Shown: positions 18,760 through 29,524, counted from the stretch's first letter. The stretch is DNA of 41,078 bases from an uncultured Thiotrichales bacterium (GCA_964621435.1 CAZUMV010000003.1:1-41078); one strand, 5' to 3'. Numbers and translations: made by a program. The notes: generated by a model from the letters alone, not told the origin.

Positions 18760-19425
18760 ATGTCCGGCAGACACGGCGCAGGTTTAACTTCACAACGGGC
18801 GCGCGACCGTTTAGTAAAGGTGCTAATAGAAAAGGGCATCGCAAATGAACGCGTTTTAGCGGCAATGCAAACCGTGCCGAGACACTTGTTTATTAGTTCT
18901 GCGCTTGCGGGTCGCGCCTATGAGGATACCGCCTTACCCATCGATGCTGGTCAGACTATTTCACAGCCGTATACGGTCGCTAGAATGACTGAGTTAGTCC
19001 TTGAGAATGGTCCGGTAAGCAGGGTTCTGGAAGTGGGTACTGGGTCCGGATATCAATGCGCGATACTGGCAGAGTTGGTAGAGCGGGTGTATAGCGTGGA
19101 GCGAATTGAGCCGTTATTTAAACAAGCCCATCGCAGATTGTTATCGGAGTTAGGTTATCGAAACATTCGTCTGCGATACACCGATGGTAGTTGGGGCTGG
19201 CTGGAATCGGCGCCTTATGAAGTAATCATTGTAACGGCAGCGCCGAATTATATTCCAGAGGTGTTGTTGGAGCAGCTAGCGGACCTCGGGCGCTTGATTA
19301 TTCCGGTCGGACAGACAGGGCAACCGCAGCGTTTGTTGCGCATCACTCGTAAAGGTGATCAGTTCCATGAGGAGGAAATCGAAAAAGTGCAGTTTGTACC
19401 AATGTTATCCGGGCAGGTGAAATGA
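18760..19425 (+). CDS. pcm: Protein-L-isoaspartate O-methyltransferase
   Basis: 'TISQPYTVARM' and the SAM motif 'VLEVGTGSGYQCAILA' are present. ATG 18760 lies 1 nt after the surE stop, whereas the track start 18745 is a TTG inside surE. Confidence 0.93.
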   Translation: MSGRHGAGLTSQRARDRLVKVLIEKGIANERVLAAMQTVPRHLFISSALAGRAYEDTALPIDAGQTISQPYTVARMTELVLENGPVSRVLEVGTGSGYQCAILAELVERVYSVERIEPLFKQAHRRLLSELGYRNIRLRYTDGSWGWLESAPYEVIIVTAAPNYIPEVLLEQLADLGRLIIPVGQTGQPQRLLRITRKGDQFHEEEIEKVQFVPMLSGQVK

Positions 19426-19997
19426 ATATCTTCGGTAGCTTATATGACCTGGTTATGGGCTGGGCGAAACATCGCTATGCAGAGAGATATTTGGCCGCAG
19501 TTAGCTTTGCTGAATCGATTATATTTCCGGTTCCGGTGGCGCTGATGTTGTTGCCCATGACCCTGGCACAACAAGACCGGGCCTGGCGCTTGGCATTGAT
19601 TACCCTGATTTTTTCCGTATTAGGCGGGGCGGTAGGTTATTTTATTGGCTGGGGCGCATTTGAAGTTATCGCGCCATACGTATCGCAGCATGCTGACAAA
19701 CTCCAGACCGCCAAGGATTGGTTCGCCGAATACGGGGTCTGGATTGTGTTGATGGCGGGTTTTTCGCCAGTGCCATATAAAATCTTTACGTTAACGGCTG
19801 GCAGCTTGGGCATGCCGTTTATACCGTTCCTGATCGCCTCAATTATTGGTCGCGCCTCGCAGTTTTATTTGATCGCTTTTTTGGCGAAAAAGTTGGGTCC
19901 AAGTATGGAACCGAAAATCAGACAGTATGTCGAAATACTAGGCTGGTTTTGCGTGGTACTAATTCTATTGCTTTTGGCGTATCTGCACTTCAGGTAA
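19422..19997 (+). CDS. YqaA/DedA-like inner-membrane protein
   Basis: The product has four or five hydrophobic segments. 'FAESIIFPVPV' and 'FSPVPYKIFTLTAG' resemble the YqaA/SNARE-associated family. The ATG overlaps the pcm stop (ATGA). Confidence 0.7.
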   Translation: MNIFGSLYDLVMGWAKHRYAERYLAAVSFAESIIFPVPVALMLLPMTLAQQDRAWRLALITLIFSVLGGAVGYFIGWGAFEVIAPYVSQHADKLQTAKDWFAEYGVWIVLMAGFSPVPYKIFTLTAGSLGMPFIPFLIASIIGRASQFYLIAFLAKKLGPSMEPKIRQYVEILGWFCVVLILLLLAYLHFR

Positions 19998-19999
19998 TC

Positions 20000-20842
20000 A
20001 TGAAAATATTGATCGGCATAATGTTGGGAGTAACACTGGTCTCTTGTACAGTAACTCACCATGTGCCGCGCGCGGAATGGGAGCGTTCTCGTGCCGCCGC
20101 TAGTCCCAGCCCGACCCCGGGGTCAAATGTCAGGCATCGGTCGACGACTCCATCGACCGGTTATCACCACGTGGTAAAGGGCGATACTTTGTATGCGATA
20201 TCCTGGCGCTATCGGCTTGATTACAAGCAACTGGCGTGGTGGAATCAGATTCGTTCGCCGTATCGAATCGGTATCGGCCAAAGGATTCGTTTGAGCCCGC
20301 AGCCAGGTCAAAGTGTGTTGCCACCAACGGCGAATAGAACCGTGGTGCGGCCGGTTGAGCCGAGCGCTAGGCCTGCGCCGTCGCCAACGGTGTCAACCAC
20401 ACCGCCAAAGCCGGCGATTATAAAGCCGACTGAACCGCAGAACACCGGAGTAGTATCGGCGCCGTCGAATAGTGTTAACACGGTAGAGTTAAAATGGCGC
20501 TGGCCGGTCAAAGGTGAGTTGCTTGATCGGTTTGGCATTAATCCGGGCATTGATATCGCTGGAAAATATGGTCAGGCGGTGCTTGCCAGTGAGGCTGGCA
20601 AGGTTGTCTATAGTGGGCGTGGCTTGAAGGGCTACGGTGATTTGATCATCATCAAACACAACGATACTTACCTGTCTGCCTATGCTCATAATAGTCGCTT
20701 GTTGGTTAAGGAAGGTCAGCGAGTTTACGCTGGGCAATCGATTGCCCAGCTCGGCAAGGTTGCAGAAATTGCGCTGTTGCATTTTGAGATTCGCGTGCAG
20801 GGCGAGCCGGTCGACCCACTTACATTTTTACCCAAAAACTAG
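20000..20842 (+). CDS. nlpD: Murein hydrolase activator lipoprotein NlpD (LysM + M23 peptidase domain)
   Basis: The lipobox is 'TLVSC'. The LysM motif is 'HVVKGDTLYAISWRY', followed by a Pro-rich linker. The M23 region is 'GIDIAGKYGQAVLASEAGKVVYSG....YGDLIIIKHND.YLSAYAHN'. Confidence 0.87.
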   Translation: MKILIGIMLGVTLVSCTVTHHVPRAEWERSRAAASPSPTPGSNVRHRSTTPSTGYHHVVKGDTLYAISWRYRLDYKQLAWWNQIRSPYRIGIGQRIRLSPQPGQSVLPPTANRTVVRPVEPSARPAPSPTVSTTPPKPAIIKPTEPQNTGVVSAPSNSVNTVELKWRWPVKGELLDRFGINPGIDIAGKYGQAVLASEAGKVVYSGRGLKGYGDLIIIKHNDTYLSAYAHNSRLLVKEGQRVYAGQSIAQLGKVAEIALLHFEIRVQGEPVDPLTFLPKN

Positions 20843-20843
20843 T

Positions 20844-21221
20844 TTAAGTTTTTTCCAGCAACAAGCATGCTGCCACGCGTCGATTTTCGTGGGTTAGCAA
20901 GTTGTAGGTGCGGCAGGCCGCGGCCGTGGTCATCGCTTCGCAACCGACATTGTTCTGCAAAAAATACGACATAATTTTCATGTCCGGGATGTGATGGCGG
21001 GTACCGGTGCCGATAAGGATAATTTCCACAGCTTTGTCGTTGAGGACTTCGAGATTCGCAATAGCGATATCGGAAAAACGCGATACTGGCCAGTCTTGTA
21101 TGATCTCATCGGGTAGTACCATGAGACTGTCTTTGTAGCTGGTGCCATCGATGGCAATAGCTTCTTCCGAGTGTGCCGTAACGGTATGGTTGCCGTCCGC
21201 TATTTCTTGTGTGAACTTCAA
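20844..21221 (-). CDS. Mth938-like / DUF498 domain protein
   Basis: The 125-aa product contains 'EIILIGTGTRHHIPD' and 'GCEAMTTAAACRTYNLL', typical of the Mth938/NDUFAF3-like family. Confidence 0.65.
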   Translation of the reverse strand: MKFTQEIADGNHTVTAHSEEAIAIDGTSYKDSLMVLPDEIIQDWPVSRFSDIAIANLEVLNDKAVEIILIGTGTRHHIPDMKIMSYFLQNNVGCEAMTTAAACRTYNLLTHENRRVAACLLLEKT

Positions 21222-21371
21222 TGTAAATCCTTTGTTGTTGTGATCATGCTAGCATACTCGGCACTCTGGATTTTAAATTCCCATTTTATCGTTGACGCTT
21301 CAATGCCGCCCGTTTAAGCTCAAAAAAAGGACGTATTTAAAGCAATTTCAATTAAGGAAGACCTGAACCTG

Positions 21372-22589
21372 ATGAACAATCAATTTCCACGTATCGAGCG
21401 TCTGCCGCCATACGTCTTTAATATTGTTAATGAACTTAAAGCAGCGGCGAGATCTCGTGGCGAAGATATCGTTGATTTTGGTATGGGTAACCCTGACCAA
21501 CCAACCCCGCCGCATATTGTTGAAAAGTTGGTCGAAGCGGCGCGCCGTGGCGACACCCATCGCTACTCGATGTCTCGCGGTATTCCGAGACTCAGGAGAG
21601 CCGTCGCCGGTTGGTATAAATCCAAATACGATGTCGACATAGACCCGGAGAAAGAAGCGATCGTTACGATTGGTTCAAAGGAAGGTCTGGCGCACTTATT
21701 GCTCGCGACTTTGAGCTCAAGAGACGTGGTTTTGGTGCCGAACCCCGCCTACCCGATACATCCCTATGGCTGCGTGATTGCCGGGGCCGATATTCGGCAT
21801 GTGCCGTTGACACCTGAAACAGATTTTTTTGAGGAATTGGAAAGAGCTATTGTAGACACTTGGCCAAAACCAAAAATGTTAATAATTAGTTTCCCTGCTA
21901 ACCCTACAGGCGAATGCGTCGAACTCGAATTTTTTGAGCGGGTCGTTGCGGTTGCCAGACAACATGAAATCTATGTTGTGCATGATTTGGCCTACGCTGA
22001 AATAGTCTTTGATGGATATGAAGCGCCATCCATCTTTCAAGTCAAGGGAGCCAAAGACGTAGCAGTTGAGTTCTATTCTTTATCCAAGACTTACAATATG
22101 CCCGGGTGGCGAGTAGGATTTATGTGTGGCAACCAAAAATTGGTGTATGCCTTGGGGCGTTTGAAGTCATATTTGGACTACGGCATGTTTACGCCTATTC
22201 AGGTTGCGTCGATCGCCGCGTTGGAGGGTGATCAATCTTGCGTGCAAGAAATCAGAGATATGTATTGCAAGCGTCGCAATGTGTTATGTGAAGGGTTGGC
22301 AGCGATCGGGTGGCAGGTTCCCAAACCTAAAGCGACCATGTTTGTATGGGCCCAGATACCAACTCATTATCGAACTATGGGCTCGCTCGAGTTTTCAAAA
22401 AAACTGCTGAACGACGCAAAGGTCGCGGTGTCGCCAGGGGTCGGGTTTGGTAATTATGGTGACGAGTATGTGCGTTTTGGCTTGATCGAAAATGAACACC
22501 GCACGCGACAAGCAATCCGCGGGATAAGAAAAATGTTTATTGATGACGGGCTTGATGTTTCTGGCGACTACGGAGCGGGTGAGGCATGA
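21372..22589 (+). CDS. Class I/II PLP-dependent aminotransferase (AlaC/AspC-like)
   Basis: '[37 protein letters not shown]' and '[16 protein letters not shown]' (PLP-binding Lys) are present. The gene is translationally coupled to hom. Confidence 0.85.
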   Translation: MNNQFPRIERLPPYVFNIVNELKAAARSRGEDIVDFGMGNPDQPTPPHIVEKLVEAARRGDTHRYSMSRGIPRLRRAVAGWYKSKYDVDIDPEKEAIVTIGSKEGLAHLLLATLSSRDVVLVPNPAYPIHPYGCVIAGADIRHVPLTPETDFFEELERAIVDTWPKPKMLIISFPANPTGECVELEFFERVVAVARQHEIYVVHDLAYAEIVFDGYEAPSIFQVKGAKDVAVEFYSLSKTYNMPGWRVGFMCGNQKLVYALGRLKSYLDYGMFTPIQVASIAALEGDQSCVQEIRDMYCKRRNVLCEGLAAIGWQVPKPKATMFVWAQIPTHYRTMGSLEFSKKLLNDAKVAVSPGVGFGNYGDEYVRFGLIENEHRTRQAIRGIRKMFIDDGLDVSGDYGAGEA

Positions 22590-23896
22590 GTGTTGTTCGG
22601 ATAGGTTTATTAGGCTTGGGCACAGTAGGTCAGGGCGTGGCCGAAGTACTACTGCAAAATGCACAGGAAATCACCAGGCGCGCCGGACGTGAGGTAGAGA
22701 TTAGCCACGTGTGTAGCAGTAACCGCGAGATGTTTGCACAGTTGGGTTTGAATTGTCAGCTAAGTACGGATCCGTTTGCAGTAGTAAATGATAATGACGT
22801 GGACATTGTTGTTGAAGTTTTCGGCGGCGATGAGCCAGCCCGCGAATTACTGCTGCGCGCAATTGAAAATGGCAAGCACGTCGTCACTGCAAATAAAGGT
22901 TTGATCGCAGGCTTTGGTAATGAAATTTTTTCTGCTGCAACGCAGCAAAACGTAATGGTGGGTTTTGAAGCTGCCGTTGCTGGGGGTATCCCGATCATAA
23001 AAACCATTCGTGAAGGTTTGGCAGCAAATCGTATCGAGTGGTTGGCTGGTATTATCAATGGCACCACCAATTTTATTCTTACCGAAATGGAGGAAAAGGG
23101 TGCTGAGTTTTCCGCCGTACTTAAGCAGGCACAGGAGCTTGGGTATGCCGAGGCGGATCCGACCTTTGATGTGGAAGGTGTTGATGCTGCGCACAAGCTC
23201 ACGATTCTGGCATCGATCGCATTTGGGATTCCACTGCAGTTTTCGCACGTTCAGGTAGAAGGTATTACCGGTATTACGCCGGCAGACATTGCGAATGCTG
23301 ATGAACTCGGTTACCGCTTTAAACACTTAGGTATTGCAAAAAAGACTGCGCACGGTATCGAGTTGAGAGTGCATCCGACTCTGATCCCCAAGAAACGGTT
23401 AATCGCAAATGTTAACGGGGTAATGAATGCCATTGTCGTAAAGGGAAATGCGGTCGGGGCAACGTTGCATTATGGGGCTGGCGCTGGATCCTTGGCGACC
23501 GCATCCTCGGTTGTCGCTGATATTATCGATGTTGCCCGGGGACAGAATGTTGATGCGGTTGGCAGAGTGCCGCACCTGGCTTTTCAGGCAGAACAGCTGG
23601 AAGATTTGCCGATTGTGTCGGCGGCTAACGTTCAGTCTGCATATTACCTGCGATTGCGGGCTCGAGATGAATCAGGGGTGTTGGCGAAGATCACTACGGC
23701 GCTCGCTGATCACAACATCAGTATCGAAGCATTTTTACAAAAGGAGCCAGCTACAGCGGGCGACGATGTGGATATCGTCCTAATAACGAATGTCGTATCA
23801 AAGCAACAGGTTACAGATTCAATAGCAGAATTAGAGGCATTGAGTAGCGTTCCGGAAAAAGTCGCAAGCTTTCACGTGGAGACTTTTTCGGACTAA
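22586..23896 (+). CDS. hom: Homoserine dehydrogenase with C-terminal ACT domain
   Basis: The NAD-binding N-terminus is '[13 protein letters not shown]'. 'VVTANK' and '[13 protein letters not shown]' are also present. The start overlaps the upstream stop (ATGA). Confidence 0.93.
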   Translation: MSVVRIGLLGLGTVGQGVAEVLLQNAQEITRRAGREVEISHVCSSNREMFAQLGLNCQLSTDPFAVVNDNDVDIVVEVFGGDEPARELLLRAIENGKHVVTANKGLIAGFGNEIFSAATQQNVMVGFEAAVAGGIPIIKTIREGLAANRIEWLAGIINGTTNFILTEMEEKGAEFSAVLKQAQELGYAEADPTFDVEGVDAAHKLTILASIAFGIPLQFSHVQVEGITGITPADIANADELGYRFKHLGIAKKTAHGIELRVHPTLIPKKRLIANVNGVMNAIVVKGNAVGATLHYGAGAGSLATASSVVADIIDVARGQNVDAVGRVPHLAFQAEQLEDLPIVSAANVQSAYYLRLRARDESGVLAKITTALADHNISIEAFLQKEPATAGDDVDIVLITNVVSKQQVTDSIAELEALSSVPEKVASFHVETFSD

Positions 23897-23923
23897 CTGT
23901 TGTTTTGATCAAAAGTATGTGCG

Positions 23924-23958
23924 AAAAAAAGCCCTGCGAATATTCGCAGGGCTTTTTT
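23924..23958. terminator. Bidirectional rho-independent terminator between convergent hom and gltA
   Basis: A perfect 22-nt palindrome GCCCTGCGAATATTCGCAGGGC (23931-23952) is flanked by A7 upstream and T6 downstream. Confidence 0.85.
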
Positions 23959-23977
23959 GATTTGCAAGAATCAATGA

Positions 23978-25270
23978 CTACCGGTTTTTGATATCAACGT
24001 AGTCGCGAATTGTTTCGCCTTCATACACCTGTCGTGGACGTCCAATTCTAAACTCGTCATCAGTAAGCATTTCACGCCAATGTGCAATCCAGCCAACAGT
24101 TCTGGCCATGGCGAAAATAACTGTAAACATATCCAGCGGTATGCCGAGGCGTCTAAGAATAATGCCTGAGTAGAAGTCGACGTTAGGATACAGGTTGCGT
24201 TGTTTAAAGTAGTCGTCTTCAAGCGCGATTCGCTCGAGTTCCAAAGCGGTATCGAGCAACGGGCTTGATTCGCCCATCTCGTTAAGCAGCTCGTGGCACA
24301 TATCCCGAATAAGATTGGCGCGCGGATCGAAGTTCTTATAGACGCGATGTCCAAAGCCCATTAGGCGAACTCCGCTATTTTTATCCTTGGCTAACTCAAC
24401 ATAGTCTTGTACCGTTTTGTCCGATTCGGTGATGTCTGTCAGCATACGAATCACTTTCTCGTTAGCGCCGCCATGCGATGGACCCCACAAAGATGAAATA
24501 CCAGCAGAGATAGCGGCATATGGATTAGTTTCCGAGCTACCCGCCAGGCGTACCGTTGAGGTTGAAGCGTTTTGTTCGTGATCAGCATGCAAAATGAGCA
24601 TGAGATCTAACGCTTTAACATGCAGTGGATCTGGAACGTATTCCTCGGTTGGGAAAGCAAACATCATATGCAGATAATTTTCTACATAGCTCAAATCATT
24701 TTTCGGATAGATAAATGGCAGGCCTTGAGAGTGTTTGTAGCTCCATGCCGAAATAGTCGGAATTTTTGCTAACAAACGATAGGTGGCACGCTCTCGTACG
24801 GCGGCGTCATGCACCATACTCGCACTAGGGTAAAAAGACGAAAGCGCACCAACCGAACCAACCAACATCGCCATTGGGTGGGCGTCGTGATTAAAGCCAT
24901 TGATAAAACGTCGCATCCCTTCATGCAAAAGCGTGTGATCAGTAATACTGTGATCAAAATCTGCTTGCTGTTGCGCGCTAGGAAGTTCACCGTGTAGCAG
25001 CAGGTAACAGACTTCGGTAAAGGTGCTTTTTTCGGCTAATTGCTCAATAGGTATACCGCGGTATCTGAGTATGCCTTCGTTGCCGTCGATAAACGTAATG
25101 TCGCTGGCGCAGCTGCAAGTTGCTATAAAGCCCGGATCATAGGTATACATTCCGAGTTCTTTGTGCAGGGTTTTAATGTTGATTCCAGGAGAGCCTTCAG
25201 AGCTTTCCCGGACCGGTAGCTCAACTTGTTTGCCAGTGGCGTTGTCTGTGATGGTAACTGTGCGGCCCAA
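23978..25270 (-). CDS. gltA: Type II citrate synthase
   Basis: 'GFGHRVYKNFDPR' and 'LHADHEQNASTSTVR' are present in a ~430-aa product. The TTG start is preceded by AAGGAG. Confidence 0.93.
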   Translation of the reverse strand: MGRTVTITDNATGKQVELPVRESSEGSPGINIKTLHKELGMYTYDPGFIATCSCASDITFIDGNEGILRYRGIPIEQLAEKSTFTEVCYLLLHGELPSAQQQADFDHSITDHTLLHEGMRRFINGFNHDAHPMAMLVGSVGALSSFYPSASMVHDAAVRERATYRLLAKIPTISAWSYKHSQGLPFIYPKNDLSYVENYLHMMFAFPTEEYVPDPLHVKALDLMLILHADHEQNASTSTVRLAGSSETNPYAAISAGISSLWGPSHGGANEKVIRMLTDITESDKTVQDYVELAKDKNSGVRLMGFGHRVYKNFDPRANLIRDMCHELLNEMGESSPLLDTALELERIALEDDYFKQRNLYPNVDFYSGIILRRLGIPLDMFTVIFAMARTVGWIAHWREMLTDDEFRIGRPRQVYEGETIRDYVDIKNR

Positions 25271-25684
25271 TGTTCTTCTCCTTGATGCTAATTTTTATGC
25301 GGTTGAGTGTGTTTCCAGCCTCGATTAGAACCGGGCATTGTGATCAAATCCGCGATTTTTCTGCAATTCGACTTGGTTTACTTGAACATTTGTATCAAAT
25401 GTTTTGCTAAAAGCGATAACAACGGCTTAATATGAACGCGGCAGTCGCGCAGAACCGATGCCGCATAGTATAGCTCGCGTTGGCGCTTCTCTCTAGTAGA
25501 ATTGAGCTGCTTAAGCGGTAAATACTAGGCATTGTGGTAATAGATTTCCTTCAAGTGCGCTACTTTTACCGCTGATCCAATTTGATCTAGGTAGGAATGT
25601 GAACTGTTTGGCAATATAGGGTTCGTAGAAAGGTCAGTGGCGATTAATACCCGCAGAATGCTTCCTATGTGTACATTTCGGTAA

Positions 25685-26716
25685 ATGAACATCATGTTGA
25701 AAACAATGTTAGCCCTAATATTACTGTCGATATCCGGCGTCGTATCTGCGGCTTGGTATGAAGAAAAGGCCGAGATCATGGGTACGGATATTCGAGTGTA
25801 TTTGTGGCACGACGACGAATCCAAAGGGAAACGGGCAGTCACTGATGTTATGTCCGAATTTCGCCGTATCGATGCTTTGATGAGTACCTATTTGGAGTCG
25901 TCAGAATTGTCGTTAATAAATCGTCGCGCGGCGCACCAACCGGTTGCGGTGTCGGATGAGTTGTTACAGCTGATTATGCAAGCATTAGAGCTGTCAGAGC
26001 GCACTGACGGTGCTTTTGATATTACGTATGCTAGCGTTGGGTATCTTTATGACTATCGAAATGCTGTCCGACCTGATGACGCGACCATCGGCCAACGCCT
26101 TAAAGCGGTAAATTTTCGTCATGTGCGGGTAGATCAGAACAAAAGAACCATTGAATTTAATCATCCGGATGTGCGTATTGATCTCGGTGGTATCGCAAAA
26201 GGTTACGCAGTCGATCGGGCGATCACGAAGTTAACAGGGCTTGCGGTTGAACACGCAATTGTTACTGCCGGTGGTGATACGCGGGTATTGGGTCAGCATC
26301 GTGATCGACCATGGGTGGTCGGTATTCAAGACCCGCGTCTGAATGACAAAGTAGTAGCCTTGATTCCGTTGGTTGATGAGTCCATTTCAACTTCCGGAGA
26401 TTACGAAAGATACTTTGATGATAATGGGATCAGGTACCACCATATCATCGATCCGCAAACCGGCGATTCAGCGAGAGCGGTGCGGAGTGTGTCGATTTTA
26501 GGTGCCACGAGCACTTTGGCTGATGCTTTATCGACAAGTTTGTTTGTGCTTGGACTGGATGATGGTATTGAGGTAATCAATAAGATTGAAGGTTACGAAG
26601 CTATCGTGGTCGACCAGCAGGGAAAGTTGCACTACTCAACCGGGTTACAGCAGCCGGAGAAACCGGAGGGTACGGCAAAACATCAGGTGGGTGGCGTATT
26701 GTCACCGGCCAAATGA
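25685..26716 (+). CDS. apbE: FAD:protein FMN transferase (ApbE family), periplasmic
   Basis: The product has a signal peptide, 'FDITYASVGYLY', 'DLGGIAKGYAVDRA' and 'HIIDPQTG'. Confidence 0.9.
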   Translation: MNIMLKTMLALILLSISGVVSAAWYEEKAEIMGTDIRVYLWHDDESKGKRAVTDVMSEFRRIDALMSTYLESSELSLINRRAAHQPVAVSDELLQLIMQALELSERTDGAFDITYASVGYLYDYRNAVRPDDATIGQRLKAVNFRHVRVDQNKRTIEFNHPDVRIDLGGIAKGYAVDRAITKLTGLAVEHAIVTAGGDTRVLGQHRDRPWVVGIQDPRLNDKVVALIPLVDESISTSGDYERYFDDNGIRYHHIIDPQTGDSARAVRSVSILGATSTLADALSTSLFVLGLDDGIEVINKIEGYEAIVVDQQGKLHYSTGLQQPEKPEGTAKHQVGGVLSPAK

Positions 26717-26728
26717 TTAGAGGTGGTA

Positions 26729-29524
26729 ATGAAAATGCATAAATTTAAATTCACCGTATTGGTATTGTTGCAGATCGGATTGATTGCGTGTACTGCAGGT
26801 GGCAATGACAATGATGATCAAGCGGGCATAGATGGTAGCGGAGTTGAATCCAGCGACCTGGGCAGCGCTAGTTTGGTTAATGCAAATTTCTCGATCGTGT
26901 ATGTTGACCGATCGGTGGAGTCTGCTGGAAATCCTACTGACGGGATACGGTTTACGCCCGGCGGCGATCTGTATATCAAGAGCCTCGCTTCGCCGAGCGC
27001 TGAAGCTTTGAATATTACCGGAGTCTATACCGAAGGTCTTGGTGACGTCTCGGATCCGGAGGTTTCATATGATGGTAGAAGAGTGGTCTTTAGCATGCGC
27101 GGACCCGAAGACGAGACCTGGAATCTGTGGGAGTACGATAGTGACGCCGCAACTATCAGGCGCCTCATTAATAACCCTGATTTAACTGATGAGGGTGATG
27201 ATGTTGATCCTGCGTATTTGCCGGATGGTCGGATTATTTTTAGTTCAAACCGTCAGGAAAAAAGCCAGCGTTTGTTAGCCGCCGAAAACAAAGAGCCGTA
27301 CGCGTATTTAGACGAGTACGAGCGCGAGCGCACGATTGCATTGCATGTTCTCAGCAGGGATGGTGACGAGGTTTCGCAAATCTCGTTTAACCAAAGCCAT
27401 GATCGAAATCCAACAGTATTGAGCAGCGGCGCGATAATGTACGCCCGTTGGGACCACTTGGGTAACCGCAACCATTTTCCACTGTTTTTCACCAATCCTG
27501 ATGGTACCAACTTGTTTGTTCTTTATGGTGCCTTTAGTCCCGGCAACTCATTTTTGCATCCACGCGAAATGCCCGATGGAAAGGTAATATCGTCCTTAAT
27601 GCCACTTTCGGGAACCGGAGAAGGTGGTGCGCTGGTAATCATTGACGTCGAAAATTTTTCGGAAAATGATCAGCCGGCGCCAGGTCATACGGACACGGAA
27701 GTTGGGCAGCTCGGAGCAACCTTGCAAGAGATCCCCATCGATGACACGGCATCCGAGTTTGGTCGGTATACCACGCCGTTCCCGTTGTGGGATGGCACCA
27801 ACCGTGTTTTGGTTTCCTGGTCCGCCGCGCAAGCGCCTGATGAAGATAACCCCATGATGGGCGAAGATGGACCGCCACGCTATGGTATTCATATGCTCAA
27901 TCTCGATGATCAGTCATTACGCCCCATTGAGCTTGCTGCTCCCGGTAGAATTTTAACCGACCCGGTCGCGATGTTTCCACGCGCTTTGCCAAACATCATT
28001 GCAGACACTCCGGGCGACGCTGGTTTGGCCGCAGCGGGTCGAGGTATTCTCAACGTAAAAAGTGTGTATGACACCGATGATCTGGACATTATGGGTGATC
28101 GGGTTTTAATAGCGGGTGAATCGATTCCGGAAATTGACGGCGTGGCAGATGTGTTGTCGCTTAAGCAAGCGCGTGCCAACGATCGTCCGGCACGATTTGT
28201 ACGAGTCACTCGGGCGGTGCCAACACCGCCGGGCGTGACCACAGATAACGTCGGCTCCAATGACATGGAGATGCAGGAACTGCTGGGTTATTCCCGCGTC
28301 GCGCCCGATGGCTCGATTAGAATCGAGGTGCCGGCGGATACGCCACTCGCTTTGACCGTGGTTGATGCCAACGGGCGAGCGTTGCAAACGCACACAAATT
28401 GGCTGCAGGTTCGTCCTGGCGAGACCCGTACCTGTAATGGCTGTCATTCACCTCGACGTGGTAGCGCGATTAATGCCGCGCCGATTGCCGGTGACCATAG
28501 TAATACCGAGTTAGCAGGGGTTGTTGAGCCAGGTGAAAGCATGGCTGAAACTAACACCCGAATTAATCCGTCGGCGCTGAGTTTGACATCGGACATCGAG
28601 TTCGAAGACATATGGACTCTGGCTGCGAACGGGCCGGACCTGCCATTTAGTATTACCTACGCAGACCTATCTACTTTAGCGCCGACTGACGGCATTATTA
28701 ATTACCCGGAACACATCCAGCCGCTTTGGGAGCTGCATAATTGTGTTGGTTGTCATAATGGCGCAGCTGGATCGTTGGATTTAGGTAGCACGACCGCAGC
28801 GACCGGGCGTTTAACATCCTACGAACAACTCACCCTTGGTGAACCTGTTCTGGACGCGCAGGGATTGCCAATAACGTTTACTGTAAATGGCGAAGTGTTG
28901 GTGCAGCGTGAACCCGCTTTGGTTGAAATGGGATCAGCAATTAACAGCTCGCGCACCAGTCATTTAATCGAAAAGCTTTATCAAACAGAGTTGCTGGCGG
29001 ACCGAAGTTTAGCGCCGACGACGGTTAACCATAATGGTATTTTGAATGCGTCAGAACTTCGTTTGTTACAGGAGTGGATAGATCTCGGCGCACAATATTT
29101 CAATAGCCCTTATGAGAGTAATGCGGGCGATGATGGTTTTTATGCGCTTGGCGAGATTCGAAGCTTCCCGGCAGGTCTGAGCGAAGATGTGTTTGCAGAG
29201 AGTGTACAACCGGTGTTGTTGCAGCGTTGCGGTAGTTGTCATGGTGCTGTTGGTGATGATGGTGAGGCGAATGGTGGTTTTTCCGCCAAGCGATTCGTGC
29301 TGACAGGCGCGTTAGAAGGGGATTTCAATATAACCAGAGCAATGGTTAGCAATATTTGTGACGCAGAGAGTTCCCTGTTGTTGACAATGCCCAGTATCAT
29401 TCAGCAGGGAAATATTGCCCATCCGGCGATCAATGGACAACCGGTATTACAGAGTACAGATAATGACTTTCAAACGATTTTTACGTGGATTACAGCGGCA
29501 GCAGCTAGTAACAACTGTCCCTAA
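26729..29524 (+). CDS. Large lipoprotein: TolB/PD40-like beta-propeller N-terminal half plus a C-terminal half with three CXXCH motifs in PSCyt1-like domains
   Basis: The lipobox is 'GLIAC'. PD40-like blades include 'PEVSYDGRRVVFSMRG' and 'PAYLPDGRIIFSSNR'. The motifs are CNGCH (28433-28447), CVGCH (28742-28756) and CGSCH (29228-29242). The last two lie in 'P.L...C..CH ... L...E...L..WI' contexts. Confidence 0.7.
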   Translation: MKMHKFKFTVLVLLQIGLIACTAGGNDNDDQAGIDGSGVESSDLGSASLVNANFSIVYVDRSVESAGNPTDGIRFTPGGDLYIKSLASPSAEALNITGVYTEGLGDVSDPEVSYDGRRVVFSMRGPEDETWNLWEYDSDAATIRRLINNPDLTDEGDDVDPAYLPDGRIIFSSNRQEKSQRLLAAENKEPYAYLDEYERERTIALHVLSRDGDEVSQISFNQSHDRNPTVLSSGAIMYARWDHLGNRNHFPLFFTNPDGTNLFVLYGAFSPGNSFLHPREMPDGKVISSLMPLSGTGEGGALVIIDVENFSENDQPAPGHTDTEVGQLGATLQEIPIDDTASEFGRYTTPFPLWDGTNRVLVSWSAAQAPDEDNPMMGEDGPPRYGIHMLNLDDQSLRPIELAAPGRILTDPVAMFPRALPNIIADTPGDAGLAAAGRGILNVKSVYDTDDLDIMGDRVLIAGESIPEIDGVADVLSLKQARANDRPARFVRVTRAVPTPPGVTTDNVGSNDMEMQELLGYSRVAPDGSIRIEVPADTPLALTVVDANGRALQTHTNWLQVRPGETRTCNGCHSPRRGSAINAAPIAGDHSNTELAGVVEPGESMAETNTRINPSALSLTSDIEFEDIWTLAANGPDLPFSITYADLSTLAPTDGIINYPEHIQPLWELHNCVGCHNGAAGSLDLGSTTAATGRLTSYEQLTLGEPVLDAQGLPITFTVNGEVLVQREPALVEMGSAINSSRTSHLIEKLYQTELLADRSLAPTTVNHNGILNASELRLLQEWIDLGAQYFNSPYESNAGDDGFYALGEIRSFPAGLSEDVFAESVQPVLLQRCGSCHGAVGDDGEANGGFSAKRFVLTGALEGDFNITRAMVSNICDAESSLLLTMPSIIQQGNIAHPAINGQPVLQSTDNDFQTIFTWITAAAASNNCP

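Noticed and set aside
19949-19999. The upstream 17 codons of the nlpD track ORF
   Set aside because: They overlap the end of the yqaA-like gene. ATG 20000 gives the expected lipoprotein signal 'MKILIGIMLGVTLVSC'.
22586-23977. hom is not followed by thrC and ends at a strong terminator
   Set aside because: hom-thrC linkage is common but not universal. Without the rest of the genome this cannot be called unusual, and thrC is probably elsewhere.
25525-25842. A 105-aa minus-strand ORF in the gltA-apbE intergenic region
   Set aside because: It overlaps the apbE start and signal-peptide codons in antisense. It has no RBS or recognisable domain, and its composition is low-complexity. It is most likely spurious, and the 410-nt region is more plausibly a divergent promoter region.
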